Positions 26,606-41,070 of a DNA stretch of 64,000 bases are shown one piece after another. A program made the translations under genes and the position numbers. The notes below the pieces were generated by a model, which worked only from the letters and a program-made list of their open reading frames with translations, made no database searches and was not told where the DNA came from. This DNA comes from Octopus vulgaris. Its lineage: Eukaryota. The stretch lies in contig OX597819.1 in assembly GCA_951406725.2 (NCBI GenBank), positions 115,692,001 to 115,756,000 on the forward strand. The letters are read 5' to 3'. The number at the start of each line of letters is the position of its first letter. Positions within the stretch are counted from its first letter, which is position 1.

Positions 26606-28869
26606 AGTAGCTGTGTGGGTAGATGGCGTTGCTGAATTCGCCGTTCGAAAATATATAGTTTTCAAAGTGACACACAGTCACTGATGTAATAAAATAGAAA
26701 TATTATTTCTAAATCTCCCAAAGAGAGATACTATATTAATATATATCTTACCATTCAAGCTAACGCCATTCCGCTTTTAAAAGAATGCTTAAAGCTGAAT
26801 AAAGTATTTAACAAATTGAGAATGTAGTTTGTAAGTTAATAGAGACTAATTTGTTATTTCAGACAGGCTGTGGGCAAATTTAAATGATTAATTTCGCTGG
26901 ATCATGCTATTAGTGAGATGCATGTGTCTTTGGTAGTGATGACAATGATGTTGGTTGCAATACAGTTGTTCTCGAATTTTAGCCGAGTTCAGTCCTGTTT
27001 GAAGAAATGTATGACGAAAAGCATATTCTAGCTACGACCCCCTCGAGAATTGCTTATCTTGGACTGCATTATCCAATGTGCCGCACCTTTCTTGACGTTT
27101 GTTTTGTAATTTAAGATTGTATTGGATGCTATTCTGGCAAATCGATCGATCACTTAGAAGGTACCGCATTGTTACATCGGCATGTTCGAAGGCACCATTA
27201 AAAAACGTTTCTTCTACCTTAAACCAACCGGAAATGATGAGAAGAGAAACATCCACAGCATTACTCATGTATGTCTTCTGGAACACCGATTCGCTGACAT
27301 GTTGAGGTAGTAGGTCTTTCCTCAATATACTAACGAAATGTCGAATGTGCACTGCAGAGAAATGCCATATAAAATCAAACATATTGATACTTAAAACTAA
27401 AGAGGCTAGATAATGTCTAAATCCCGACAGAAGAAAACATTTTACCTGCTAAATAATAATACTGATATAAAACCTGGCTGAGATGCCGAGTGTATCTTAG
27501 TAAACTACTGCAGAAAAAAACGTGACTAATCGGAAGTTTACAACACGCCATACTTGTAAAACTGAACACCGAAGATAATCCCGTTAATGTTACAAAAAAA
27601 AAATTGTTAATGTGAAAACTGATGAGTGCCATAACAGTAAGAAACTTGAAGTAATGGAATGTATAAACATAATAAAAACATACATGCATATATGTGCACA
27701 TGAACACGCGCGCACACGCTCTGACAAAAAAATATTTTTCAATCAACGTTTGATTGTATTAAAGTTTATTTCTAAAAGCACGTAATAGAGAAATGCGACA
27801 ACGAATAATACAAAAGCGTTATCAATTATTTCTTTTTCTTCGTTTATTTAGAAAGATTCCGAATGCTGATACAATGAAATAATTGAAAGAAGTTTGTATA
27901 ACAAATTACTGACGCAATGGCATCGTTTGTAATTGGATTGCACAGCTTATAATTGCAAAGAACTATTGTTTTTGAGAGACAGCGAGTTGAAATTGATACA
28001 GACATGTTAGACACATACACGTACACACACGAGCACACAGCCCCATGCAGATACATATGACACACACACATACACACACACATTTTTATATACATACATA
28101 GACAGCTATTTTTATACATATATACATAATTGTATATGTGTACGTGTATATATGTATTTACACATATTTGCACATGTGTGTGTGTGTGTGTGTGTGGGTG
28201 TGGGTGTGTGTGTGCACGTATATTTGTATGTGCACGCGTGTGTGTGCATTGACACAAAGACGTCATGCCAGCAGAATCGTAAGTACCTTTGGACAAAATG
28301 TTTAGCATTGTTTGTTCCAGCTCTTTATGTTCCGAGTTCAATACCGGCGAGGCAAATTTTGCCTGTCATCCCTTCTGGTTCGATAAGATTAAGTACCACT
28401 CAAGAACCAGGGTTGATGTAGCCGACTTTCGCCCTCCCCTCAAAATTGCCGTCTCGTTCAAGGAAAAATGTTGCCATCTCGGTTACCTACACGCTGAGTA
28501 AGCTGCTTTATGGGTCCGAGAATTCAAGAAACATAAAAATTTATACACACACGACACTCATATTTGTGTGCTTATGTGTTTAGCATGTATGAATGTATAT
28601 AGCCTAGTAGTTAGAATGTTGAGCTAATGATCGTAAAGTGTTGGGTTTGATACCCAGAAAACACGGCATGTTGTGCTCTTTACCAGATACTTCATTTTAA
28701 ATTGCTTCAATCAATTGAACTGTAATGAGTTCTCCGATTATAGGGATGCAACGACAGTTCAGTATAAGTGATCTTTTAATTACAGGAATTTAGGTTTAAG
28801 CTTAGATTTTTCCTTGGACTCACTCGTCCCTCTGCCTACATCGACAGAAATATGTTTTGCTTTTTTTAA

Positions 28870-29450
28870 AACTTATAATACAGCTAAGAATTTTCAACCA
28901 CTATTGTGTTCGGTTCTTCTAGCAATTTTGGAGTTATAATACTAGTTATAGATTCAGCAAAGTTAATACTTTTATTAAAAGAAAGAATAGTAATAGAATA
29001 CAAACCTTTAGTATCAAATTTCAAGAATTTGGTATTATCGTGTGGGACACATTAAAACCATCGGATGACTTTGTGCAATTTTCTATAAAGTTAATGGTAA
29101 TACCTCCTTACTTTAGGTATTATTTATTCCACTTTACATTTGCTGATTCCCCCAATATCTGTTTTCGTAGGGTTAATTAAATTAGGGGTAGGTTTTGTTG
29201 GAAAGTAACTTTGTGGAATTTCCAGGAAAATATGATGATTTGTCTGATAGTTGTTCAAGTATATCCTTTGGGATTAAATTTCCCATAATTTATTAGTCTT
29301 GGATATTAAAATCTCCAAGTATATTCCCACTAGTTTTCTTATACGAGACAGCGATAGAATTAGTAATACGTCTGTAGATAGAGATTTTCTCAATTGATAA
29401 TACGTTTTAGTTTTATCCGTCTGAACAAACCTTTGATTAGAATATTTTTA
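28870..29450 (-). pseudogene. Penelope-like element reverse transcriptase remnant
   Basis: FVQTDKTKTYY..., FPTKPTPNLINPTKTDIGGISK...VIRWF...KFLKFDTKGLYSIT...NKSINFA match the PLE RT pattern RLINPxKSxIGxISK / FIQFDIxDFYPSI; many stops. Confidence 0.8.
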
Positions 29451-30337
29451 ACTCGTGAAGACGAGTGGCCTAGTGGTTAGAGTATTACACGTAAGATCGT
29501 GCTTTCGATTCTTGGGCCAGGTAGTGCGTTGTATTCTTGAGCATAACACTTCACTTTACTCTGCCGACTCAGCTGAAAATGAGCAACCCTGCGATGGACT
29601 GGCTTCCACTGGCAGAAGAATGTTTTGATCCCGGTCACATACATCATACCAAATCCTGTTAACCCTACAACTCGGCACAGTGATATCCAGAAGACTTTAA
29701 TTCTTTTTACGAAATATTTTGAAACTCATTTTCAATTTTACTCGAACATTTTTATGAATAAAAGAAGTAATCTTAAAATGCTGGATAAAACTGTTTGTCA
29801 GGGGAAGTTTTGCATTTTCGTGTGTTCTCTTATTTGTTGTAGAAATAAGATCTCCTTGCAGTTTTATAATAAAATTTCGTGGTCACAATATTATTTATAT
29901 ATTTCATGTATGCTTTTAGTGTAATATTTTACATATTTTTGTGGATATCTCCATTTTCTTCATCTGCATGTTGTTAAAGTTTAAAAGGAGATGGAGTGTA
30001 AATGAGTTTGAAACATTTAATTAATTTTTATGTTATCACACTTTTTCTCTTTGTTAACTTTTAATATTCATTTAATGTTAATATTTATTATTAATATGTA
30101 ATACTTGAAATTGGATAATAATACTTAATATTAATATTCAATAATAATATTTAATATTAATTTAATATCCAATATTAATTTAATGTTTAGTATTAAGTTT
30201 TTAAAGATTTTCAATATTTTTAAATAGATTAATATTTTCCCATAGGATACTCTGGAGTACACAGAACCGTTTATAATCACCAAACTTCTTAACTCAAACG
30301 ATATTTTTTAAATTCTCATTATTATTCCTGTCCATCA

Positions 30338-30792
30338 AGGGAGCGGGCAGGCAGAATTGTAAGCGCGTCGAAAAAAAGGCTGAGTGATATTTCTTCCGGC
30401 TCTTTATGTTCCGAGTTCAAATGCCACCAAAGTCGACTTTGCCCTTTCATCCTTTCTGGATCGAAAAGATAACTACCATTTAAGCACCGGAGTCCATGTA
30501 ATCGACTAAAATTTCCTCTGAAATTGCAAGCCTTTTGTCTATAGAAGAATTATTATTCCAGTCCATCAAAGCAGCGAGCCGTCAGGATCATAAACACGCC
30601 GAACAAATTGTTTAGCAGCATTTCTTCCGGTTCTTTACATTCTGAGTTCAAATGTCACCGAGGTCAACTTTACCTTTCATTCTTTCTGGGGTCGATAAAA
30701 TAAGTACCAGTTGAGTAGTGGGGGTCTATGTAATCGACTTACCCCGCCCTCCACATTGCTGGTTCTGTGCCAAAATTTGGAATCATTATTAT
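30338..30792 (+). mobile_element. Two tandem older SINEs related to family A with an alternative tail (A')
   Basis: Shared head and gagttcaaat...ctttcat core; tails ending aattgc..gcctt.tgtc...ttattatt. Confidence 0.75.
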
Positions 30793-31016
30793 TCCACCCT
30801 ATTTATTTTAGCTGCGTATATGCACTAGTTTAATTCCTCATTTAATTGTTTTGAGAGTTTATACACTCTTCATTGCCTTTCCTCACCTCAAACATCCATC
30901 AGGAGTAAGCCAGATCACCGAGGATGCAGACAAGAAGCAGACGCTCTCAGTAGTATAGATAAATCATGCCAAAGTCTTTCGAAGTGTGTCCCATCGGCAA
31001 ATCCAAAGGACATTGT

Positions 31017-31313
31017 TTGTTCCTTCCAAAAACATGCCTGGCTCATAAGGGCCGTTTTCCCGGTTTCCTTGGCATATATTCCCCACCTGGACGGGAATCC
31101 GGTCCGTCGCAGGTGAGCTGCAAGATTAAGGAGGAAAGAGTGAGTGAAAGTTGTGGCGAAAGAGTCAGTAGAAGTTCGCCATTACCTTCTACCGGAGCCG
31201 CGTGGAGCTTAGGTGTTTCGCTCATAAACACACTCATCACCCGGTCTGAGATTTGAACCCGCGATCCCTCGACCACGAGTCCGCTGCTCCTACCACTAGG
31301 CCATGTGCCTCCA
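31017..31313 (-). mobile_element. tRNA-derived SINE family D with 13-bp TSD
   Basis: TSD caaaggacattgt at 31004-31016 and 31314-31326; homologous to 48124-48431. Confidence 0.9.
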
Positions 31314-31419
31314 CAAAGGACATTGTAGTACTCACAATGTCATAGCAATAGTCAAACTAGTGATATCGCATGTGATGTGGATTCACTGGATTTAAATTGA
31401 GATTCATTGTTCTGTTTGT

Positions 31420-32620
31420 GGCTGCCATGAATCTACACAAGAGATGGAAAGGAAGCAGTCTAAAGGACCAGAAACTGATTGAAAAATAAGACGTCCAGTT
31501 TGCAGGCTCTTTATGGACGGCATAACAGTCACAACATCATCAAAACAAGGAACTTTGAAAACTTTGAGTTCGTTGGGAAATATACCTCAATGGTCACGTA
31601 TCCTTAAAGAAAAACCAACAAACAACATCTTCAGCATTCAAGGGTATGAGATTCCAAGGTGGCGAGCTGGCAGAAACGTTAGCACACCGGGCGAAATGCG
31701 TAGCTGTATTTCGTCTGCCGTTACGTTCTGAGTTCAAATTCCTCCGAGGTCGACTTTGCCTTTCATCCTTTCGGGGTCGATAAATTAAGTACCAGTTACG
31801 TACTGAGGTCGATATAATCGACTTAATCCGTTTGTCTGTCCTTGTTTGTCCCCTCTGTGTTTATCCCCTTGTGGGTAGTAAAGAAAAAGGTATGAGATTC
31901 CAAGAACTTGGGCAAAGTAATACAATGTCTCGGTAAATATTATGACAGCTCTCTGAAAGGCATTGGCAATGCCAAGGACACTAAGAACCAAATAAACAAC
32001 AACTGGTATTTGTCGACTGCTCACGGTAGATGACTCACTCAGGCTACGAGGAAGGTTTAAAGTGTGATATTTAAAGTGTGATACTTCCAGTGTAGCATCA
32101 TACTCAGTATACAGTGATCATTCCTGCATTACGATTTTGCTATGGCTCACATAGGCTTTGGGAAGATTGTGTAGTAAATTTTTGCGGAAGTGGCAGGACG
32201 TTGTCCTAACTTTCAGCGCTTTGCACTCTGAATAACATTTTGACTAAACGCCAAAAATGAACTGAAAGAAGGCTGATACAGTTAGGTATGATAATATCTT
32301 TCATTCAGATTGCCAAGTGGACGAACCTGGAAAGAGGAAAGGCTGAATAGCAGCAATTACCACTACTTAAAGATATCAAATTCTCAAGGGAGGTGATAAA
32401 TATTTTAAAGCAAAAGCTGTTGGGGAGAACAGCTTTTAATTTTACATCAAACCACAAACTGGGAGATACAAATGAACCTGAAAAGCAGACTCGTCTTTCC
32501 GGAAGAGGATGCAGTGACATCGTTCGAATCGGAGATATTCCTTCTATCCAGGAGCTCGAAAAACGACACCATCGCGGTTGAATTCATAGTGCCTGTCAAA
32601 GAATGACATGCAACATCACA
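31420..32620 (+). pseudogene. Decayed HERO/R2-group (REL-endonuclease) LINE
   Basis: RT-like CRLFMDGITVTTSS (FMDD-type motif) and REL-like WEIQMNLKSRLVFPEEDAVTSFESEIFLLSRSSK...AVEFIVP. Confidence 0.65.
31659..31888 (+). mobile_element. SINE family A with 16-bp TSD inside the HERO-like remnant
   Basis: TSD ggtatgagattccaag at 31643-31658 and 31889-31904. Confidence 0.93.
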
Positions 32621-33497
32621 CGTTTTCCCAGCAGGATCAATGTGTTAATTCCTGTATTAGATTGGTTTGTAAACATTCTGTAGGTGAAGTCTAATACAGT
32701 ACTTGCTATTCAACTTAGACGAAAAGTTTGTGACCCTGAGATACCTTTTAAAATTACAGAAGGGCTTCCAATATTGCACTACTACACTAGCTTAAGTCCC
32801 TATCAGAAGAAGAGATGGGAATATTTTAAAGTAGCCTCAGTAGTTTCTTCGTAAAATAAAGAATATCTGATGTTTAATTCACCCACACTAAATTTGTCAT
32901 CAATTTTCATTTATTTACTTATTATTTTAGTTGTCTTAGTTTTATCAAAATTTCATACAATTCTAATGCCATGTAAATCATCTAGATGTCCTATATAATT
33001 TTATAATTTATTTATTTATTGCATTTGCAATTCATGTATTTATTTAATTATTAAAATACATCTTCAAAGAAAATCATTAACTAAAACGTATAGAGGTTGG
33101 CGAGATGTGACCATTGATGGCACTAAGTATCTTTCATGTGTCAATGGTCATCTATGATTTTACATAATGTAATACATCAGTTTATATCTACAAATTTGAA
33201 TTTGCAAAGCAATTTCAAGCTATTACAACAATTTTTCTGAAAATATTTACATCATTTTATTAAGTATATATATTTGCATATTTTTGTATCTATAAAGTCA
33301 ACAACCGCTCATTCTAAAAACTACTCATATTGCAGCGATTAACCACAAAAGCTTATATGTATTTACTCACTTTTAAGCTAATTTCTTTCTTTTAACCTTT
33401 TTTTCATTGTTTTCGTTCTGTCTTATTCACAGCTCAGTGTTATTCAGTTTCTGTTTCCCTATCTCTCACTACATCCTCGTACACATCTCTGTATAAT

Positions 33498-33692
33498 AAT
33501 TATTTCTACTAAAGGCAAAAAGCTTGACGTCTGGGGCAAAAGGATTTAATCGATTACATCAACCCCAGTGTTTCACCGGTACTTAATTTGTCAACCCCGA
33601 AAGGAGGAAAGACAAAGCAGACCTCGGCGAAATTTGAAATGCCGCTATGCATTTCGTCCAGCGCGCTAACGATTCTGCCAGCTCGTCGCCTT
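33498..33692 (-). mobile_element. Older SINE A' copy
   Basis: Reverse complement of the head and Nin-like core with an internal deletion. Confidence 0.7.
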
Positions 33693-33859
33693 TCATCTCT
33701 GTATAATAATAGCCGGTATAAATGTTGGCTGGCTGCTCGTTTGCTTGGCTGGTTGATTTCTCCAGTCGATTTCTCTTTATATCACCTAAGTTAAATTCGA
33801 TAAACACTGGAATTGACTAGCAGTGATAGGGGGATAGTGAAGGTGATAAAAGTTACGTA

Positions 33860-34660
33860 GTCGATAGATGTGCTTGGATCCATTTGGTGAAGAAGCTTTC
33901 ATCCTGTTGGTTAAAGAACTCATCATCATCAACATATATGAAATCATCATCACTGCAATATTGGTTCACAGCCAAGTGTCTTTTCATGTTGGGAAATAGA
34001 TAATAGTCAGATGGGGTCAAATCAAGAGAATATATTTTTTTTACTACCCACAAGGGGCTAAACACAGAGGGAACAAACAAGGACAGACAAACGGGTTAAA
34101 TCGATTACATCGACCTCAGTGCGTAACTGGTACTTAATTTATCGACCCCGAAAGGATGAAAGGCAATGTCTACCTCGGCAGAATTTGAACTCAGAACGTT
34201 ACGGCAGATGAAATACGGCTACGCATTTCGCCCGACGTGCTAACGTTTCTGCTAGCTCGTCGCCTTATGGGGTAAAATCAAGAGAATAAGGAGGGTGGCC
34301 AAACAGTTCGATGCCAGTTACACATAGCAGCCATTGAAACAAAGGACTTGTGTGCTGGAGCATTGTCCTGATAAAACCGGAGTTTTCATCAGTTTTCCTG
34401 GGCGGTTAGTCTTGATTGCCTTTCGTAACTGCCTCAGAAGTTGACGTTGTACCCTATATTGATGGTGTGGCCCTTTTAAAGATAATCAATAAACAAAATT
34501 CTTTTGCACCCCAAAAAATCGAGGCCATCACCTTCCCTACGGACGAAACAAATTTGGCCTTCGATGGAGCAGGCGAGGAGGGATGTTTCCACTACACAGA
34601 TTGTCTCTTTGTCGCTGGCTGAAAGTAATGAACCCAACACTCACCCTTGCTTAGGAAACG
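33860..34660 (-). mobile_element. Mariner transposase remnant interrupted by a SINE
   Basis: YSLDLTPSDYYLFPNMKRHL...EFFNQQDESFF (variant of YSPDLAPSD). Confidence 0.75.
34033..34266 (-). mobile_element. SINE family A with 22-bp TSD
   Basis: TSD atggggt(c/a)aaatcaagagaata at 34011-34032 and 34267-34288. Confidence 0.92.
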
Positions 34661-34721
34661 TTCAAGAAAATCAGTTTGAAAATCAGTTTGCATACATACA
34701 TATAGAAAATAAGATATTATT

Positions 34722-35066
<345 letters not shown>

Positions 35067-35446
35067 ATTTTTAATAATAATGATATTTTTTCTAAATTTT
35101 ACTTACTCACTATTGTTCGATTTTGAATGTCGCGGGGGCATTCAAACGAACAGACGCGTACGGTGTAGTGTTTATATTTAAAAAAAGAAAAAAAGAAAAA
35201 AAGTTATATGCGGTATGCTCGGATGATGTTCCTAAAGGTGAAATCAATTGATACAGAGATGACTGTACTTTTCTTTGTGCTTTTGCAAAGGTAAGGGCAA
35301 TCTTTTTCTTACTTTTGCAACATTAACCGTGTTTGTTTTGTTTACAGTGAGAAGCAGCTTTGGGCCTTGGAGAGTTGACTCTTCTTTCTAAGATAGCTGG
35401 TATATATTTTTTATACCCTAAAGTTATATATATATATATATATATG

Positions 35447-35712
35447 AAATTATAATTTAGGGTATCCAAGAGATACCACCACGTTGGAAATAGCAGTCAA
35501 AACTTGACTCTAAAACCACATTAAATGTTCATACAGCACCAGGAGAGATGAGAAAGAGAAAATAAACTAGCAAAAAAATTACCGGATAGTTTATTTTGTC
35601 TCTTTGTCTTCTCTCCTAGTGCTATATGAACATTTAATGTGGTTTTAGAGCCAACTTTTGGCTGCTGTTTCCAGCGTGGAGTTATCTCTTAGATACCCTA
35701 AATTGTAATTTT
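35447..35712. repeat. Foldback with ~123-bp arms between (TA)n tracts
   Basis: aatttagggtatc...ctctaaaaccacattaaatgttcata / tatgaacatttaatgtggttttagag...gataccctaaatt. Confidence 0.88.
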
Positions 35713-35801
35713 AAATAATTATTACCTTTGAAAGGTTTTTATTTCCATGCTGGCCACCTGATAAGATCGGTACTTATAATATATATATATACCTTATATA
35801 T

Positions 35802-35834
<33 letters not shown>

Positions 35835-37184
35835 TCATACATACATACATACATACATACATACATACATGCATATTCATATATATAGACACTCAACACT
35901 CACGCTTATATATAAACATAAATATATTTAATTCTAAAAATTAAATTCTGCTTGTCTGTATGCGTACTCCTGAATTGTACTCTTAACTAGGAATTCAAGC
36001 AATAAAAATATTCCTAACCGTGTCATCCCGGCCACATGTTCTTATGCCTTAAAATATTGCAAGCGAATATGACATCTAGGAATTTGAAATGAGGATTTTG
36101 TTCATTATTATACCAACGCATTTACAAAAATTGCCACCATTTCTAACGATAATGAAAACGAAATGAACACACTCACCTACCACCCCAACTGACATGCTGC
36201 ACATACGCGCAACTTAGACGCAGCTTAGACACAGAATATCATTGATAGCATAGAGACACTTGCACATGAAGTCATATGCACATTTGCAGAAATTATTTCT
36301 CTCTTCGCCCACACAAACACCTCTAATTGAAGGCGTATATTTAGTGAGTAAAAAAAGTTTCGTAGCGTTCAGATAAATGTGAAATACATATTATTCGTCA
36401 GTAAAAATAACTACTTTCTTCCTTCTTTCCACAGTAATGAATGCAATTTTGTTTTACGGAATTTTCCCTCTCTTTTACTGTATAGATGACTATCTCTTAC
36501 TCCCACTTACTTTGTGTGTGTATGTGTGTGTGTGTATGTGTGTATGTGTGTATGTGTGTATTTGTGTGTGAGTCTGTGGACGTGAGCTTGTGTGCATCTA
36601 AGAGTGTATGTACTTACATGCCTGTGTGTTTATGGCTGTGTGTATATACATGTAATATTATTTGCATACACCAATACTGAAAGTCAGAAAAGGAGAGGAG
36701 AGGAAATACGAACTATGTCCTTCCTTCTGTGTCTGTCTGTCTGTCTATATGTATTTATGCATGTATGGATGGATGTATGTATATACGTTTGTATGTATGT
36801 ATTTTGTTAGGTATGAAGGAAGTATATAGGTTTACAAGTGCTTTGAAACAGACACCAAGACTTTGCGTAATTCCCCTATTATTTACTGTTAATAACAAAG
36901 AGTGTGTAGACCACATCACTTATTGACTTATTTCTCCTTTCCTCTTTGTAAAAGCAAGCTCTCACACACATATATGCATAAGTATGTATGCATGTACGTA
37001 TGTATGTATGTACGTATGTATGTATGTATGTATGTATGTATGTATGTATGTATGTATATATATATATATGTATGTATGTATGTATGCATGTATGTTTGTA
37101 TGCGCATCTGTCTATTTATACAAGCGCATATATGTATATCAATCTTTATATTTATCTGTAACTATGTGTATATGTATGCGTGTT

Positions 37185-37275
<91 letters not shown>

Positions 37276-37343
37276 GTATATGTGTATTATATATAAGAAT
37301 ATGTATATATATATATTTAAACATATATATATATATGTGTATT

Positions 37344-37435
<92 letters not shown>

Positions 37436-37749
37436 GCCAACATCTGTTGAATAGCAACGCCATCTCTCAAAAGACAAATTTATGATGTTAATAAAAATAT
37501 ATTACTTTCCGACTATTACGCACAATGCAGCTCATCTTTAGCGGAAGTCTTATAATTTTTGGGATTGGTGCCAGTATATTATTGGCAATTATCTTACGTT
37601 ATTAGGCACTAAATGATGCCAATGGGAAGTAAACGTTTGGCGGGATTTGAATTTCGGCTATAAAGGGACCCATTTCCTGAATTATTAAGCCAACAAAAGT
37701 ATTGTGAGTCTGAAAGTGTTTCCAGCAGCAAATTTTGCCGTTTATTTTC

Positions 37750-38126
37750 TTTCATCGTCGTTGCCGTCGTTGTCCTCAGCGTCCTCGTCGTTATCATCAT
37801 CGTCGTCGTCATCATCTTCACTATCAACTTCACCATCATCATCGTCATCATCATCGTCGTCATCGTCAGAAATCATCGTCGTTGCCGTCGTTGCCGTCGT
37901 TGCCGTCGTTGCCGCCGCCATCGTCGTCGTCGTGATCGTCGTCGTCAACATCATCATTATCCTCCTCTAGAGCATGGTCATGGTCGTCGAACCCCCCCTC
38001 CTCCTCCTAATCATCATCACCATCATCATCGTTGCTGTCGTCCCACTCATTATCTTCATCATCGTCATCATCATCATCATCAACGTCATCTTAATCATCG
38101 TCATCATCATCAGCAGCAGCAGCATC

Positions 38127-38170
<44 letters not shown>

Positions 38171-38228
38171 TATCATCATCATCAACGTCATCTTAATCAT
38201 CGTCATCATCATCAGCAGCAGCAGCATC

Positions 38229-38264
<36 letters not shown>

Positions 38265-38275
38265 GTCATTATCAT

Positions 38276-38316
<41 letters not shown>

Positions 38317-38324
38317 GCATCTTC

Positions 38325-38366
<42 letters not shown>

Positions 38367-38480
38367 TTCATCATCGTCATCATGATGATGATGATCATCA
38401 TCGTCATCAACGTCATCTTAATCATCATCATCACCATCAGCATCATCACTATCATCGTCACCGTCATTATCATTGCCTTC
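37750..38480. repeat. (ATC)n/(GTC)n tract with higher-order duplicated blocks
   Basis: Block caacgtcatcttaatcatcgtcatcatcatcagcagcagcagcatcttc recurs at ~38081 and ~38183, partially at ~38408. Confidence 0.9.
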
Positions 38481-38677
38481 AACATCTGTATCTGCTGAGC
38501 ATTTTGCACCTTTTGATTGCCTCTACATAAGACGTATTTCTTTTAACTTTGATGTCTTGTTACGAAGTTCTTATTCTCCCACCCTCGGAATACTCTATTC
38601 AATCTATCGATGGATTAGGGTGAGTTTTGTCTTCAGAACATGCAAAACCGGAACAAAAAACTGCAAATTATTCCCAA

Positions 38678-39047
38678 ACATTCAGTAAACATCATGGTGA
38701 TTGGAGTGATCACTAGTGATGGCGACGTTATGCCTCAGTTCATCTTCCCACACGGCCGCAAACTCAGTACGTAGACATACATCAAGTACCTGGAGGAGGT
38801 AGTGTTGCCCTTGGTCAAGACGTTGGTTGCTGGAAGGTCATGTGTCTGGCAGTAGGACTCTGTACCATGCCACACAAACAGGAGAACCCAGCCTTAGCTA
38901 TCAGACAATTTCTGCGACCATGTCATCCCTAACATCTGGCCATCTAACTCCACAGACTGCAGCCCCCTTGTTTATTATCTGTGGGGAGCAGTTGAGCGAG
39001 AGACCAACAAAACTCTTAGTAACACCAAAGATGAACTGAAAGCCAGA
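38678..39047 (+). pseudogene. maT/DD37D-type (Tc1/mariner superfamily) transposase catalytic fragment
   Basis: IMVIGVITSDGDVMP...YIKYLEEVVLP...WQ*DSVPCH...WPSNSTDCSPLVYYLWGAVERETN. Confidence 0.8.
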
Positions 39048-39462
39048 TGTAGGGTCTTCCAGCAGCCACCCTCTTGACCCAGGGCTGCGTTACCTCCTCT
39101 AAGCAATTGAAGTGGAAGATGAACGTCGCCATCACTAGTTATCACTTTAAATACTATGATGATGTTAACTGGATGTTTGATTTTTATCACACTCAGGACA
39201 GGTGCTCAGATTGCACTGCCCTAATATTGACACCGAAACACTCTGAAATATTCGTATTGGCGTTTCCGGCGCGAATGCCAAGCAGTACAGCATGTCGTTT
39301 CCAAATTTCTGGCAGAGTGAACTGCGTCATGGTGATGTTTTTCTCACAGACTGTGCCCAACCGACCCTACTATACTGTGTAGTCGACAAAATCAAACACA
39401 AACAATACACATTCGATAAATTTAGAATATAATATGGCAACAACTTACCCATATCATCCTGT
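39048..39462 (-). mobile_element. Second, deleted copy of the same maT family in opposite orientation, retaining its 5' end
   Basis: HPVNIIIVFKVITSDGDV; N-terminus MTQFTLPEIWKRHAVLLG; end caggatgatatgggtaagttgttgcc next to TA. Confidence 0.7.
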
Positions 39463-40504
39463 ATATATATCTGAATCAGAACAAAATGATCAAGACGGAT
39501 TTATAATCCATGTGTGGTGTATACATATGTGTGTATATACGCACATACACGTACACATACATACACAAACACACACACACACACACACATACAAACACAG
39601 ACACAGACACGCACACACAGACACAGACACACACACACACACACACAACACACAACACACAACACACACACACATCTGCTTAGTATCAAGTGTCGGAAAC
39701 CTGTACTCAATAATTTGGTAGTGATTAATGATATTTTATTTAAGATGAGTCAGCCACTTGTTACTCTGAGTTCCACCTGTAAGCACGAAGTTTACAAATT
39801 TGTCACGATAATTTTATTTTCATTAGACTGTGCATACACATTCATAAGTGTGCACGGATCTCTCTCTCTCTCTCTCTCTCCCTCTCTCACTCTGTGTCTC
39901 TCTGTGTCTCTCTTTCTCTCTCTCTCTTTATGTGTGTACGTATATACAGAAATAACAGAATATTCGTAGATACGCACGTACAAATGTCGCTATACCTTTC
40001 ACTCCTTTCGCTCCACACATATCCATCTTCTTCGATATATACACATAGATACACATATAGATGCACACACATAAATACTTACACACGCACACGTACACAT
40101 ACACGCATACACACACATACACACGTATACACGCAAAGCTGACACCGACCCACAACTCTAGTATCGCAGTATCACACTACAGGTGTCTATAAAGTGAGTT
40201 TATACATGGTTACTGATGACATAGCACATTGAGTCCTCGACTAAGACGCCATCGATTAACAGAACCTACATCCACGCCATTCCTGCTAAAAAAAAATAGA
40301 AAGAAGAGAAAGGTAATGGATGTCCAGGGAGGAAGTGGAGATAAGGGAATGGTTAATCAGCTTTGCCAAAGTCGATGCTAAACCACGCTAAAGTGATTTA
40401 TTTCTAAATCATGTCATCCCAAACTCCGGGTGCACGAAATGATTTAGCAGCAACGTTATTGATGGAAATACGTTTGTGCACGTAAGGGGAATAACACGTT
40501 CAGG

Positions 40505-41036
40505 TATGTGTGTGACGATGTGCTTCTGTGTCTGTGTATGTATGTGTGTGTGTGTTTGTGTGTTTCTGTATGTGTGTGTTTGTGTGTGTTTCTGTATGTG
40601 TGTGTGTGTTTGAGTGTTTCTGTATGTGTGTGTCTGTGTGTGTTTCTGTATGTGTGTGTGTGTTTGTGTGTTTGTCTGTGTGTGTTTTTGTATGTATATG
40701 TTTCTGTATGCGTGTGTTTGTTTGTGGGTGTGTGTATGTGTGTATGTGTGTATGTGTGTGCGAGCGTGCATGCGTGCATGTGTGTGTTTGTGTGTGTTTC
40801 TGTATGTGTGGGTGTGTGTATGTGTGTGTGTGTATGTGTGTGCGAGCGTGCATGCGTGCGTGTATGTGTTTGTCTGTGCGTGAGTGTGTGTGTTTGTCTC
40901 TGTGTGTGTATGAGTGTGCATGTGTGTGTATGTATGTGCGAGCGTGTATGCGTACATGTGTGTATTTGTGTGTGTTTCTGTATGTATATAATTTTGTATG
41001 CGCATGTTTATCTGTGTGTGTGTATGTGTATGCAAG

Positions 41037-41070
<34 letters not shown>

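Noticed and set aside
27619-27653. CTGATGAG...GAAAC ttgaa GTA hammerhead-like core
   Set aside because: Core and stem III look right, but the stem I flanks (gtgaaaa/atggaat) do not pair, stem II is weak and it is not in a (TA)n module.
37609-38509. Poly-Met/Ile/Asp/His ORFs, superficially like Met-rich cephalopod proteins
   Set aside because: This is an (ATC)n microsatellite and no reflectin-type motif is visible.
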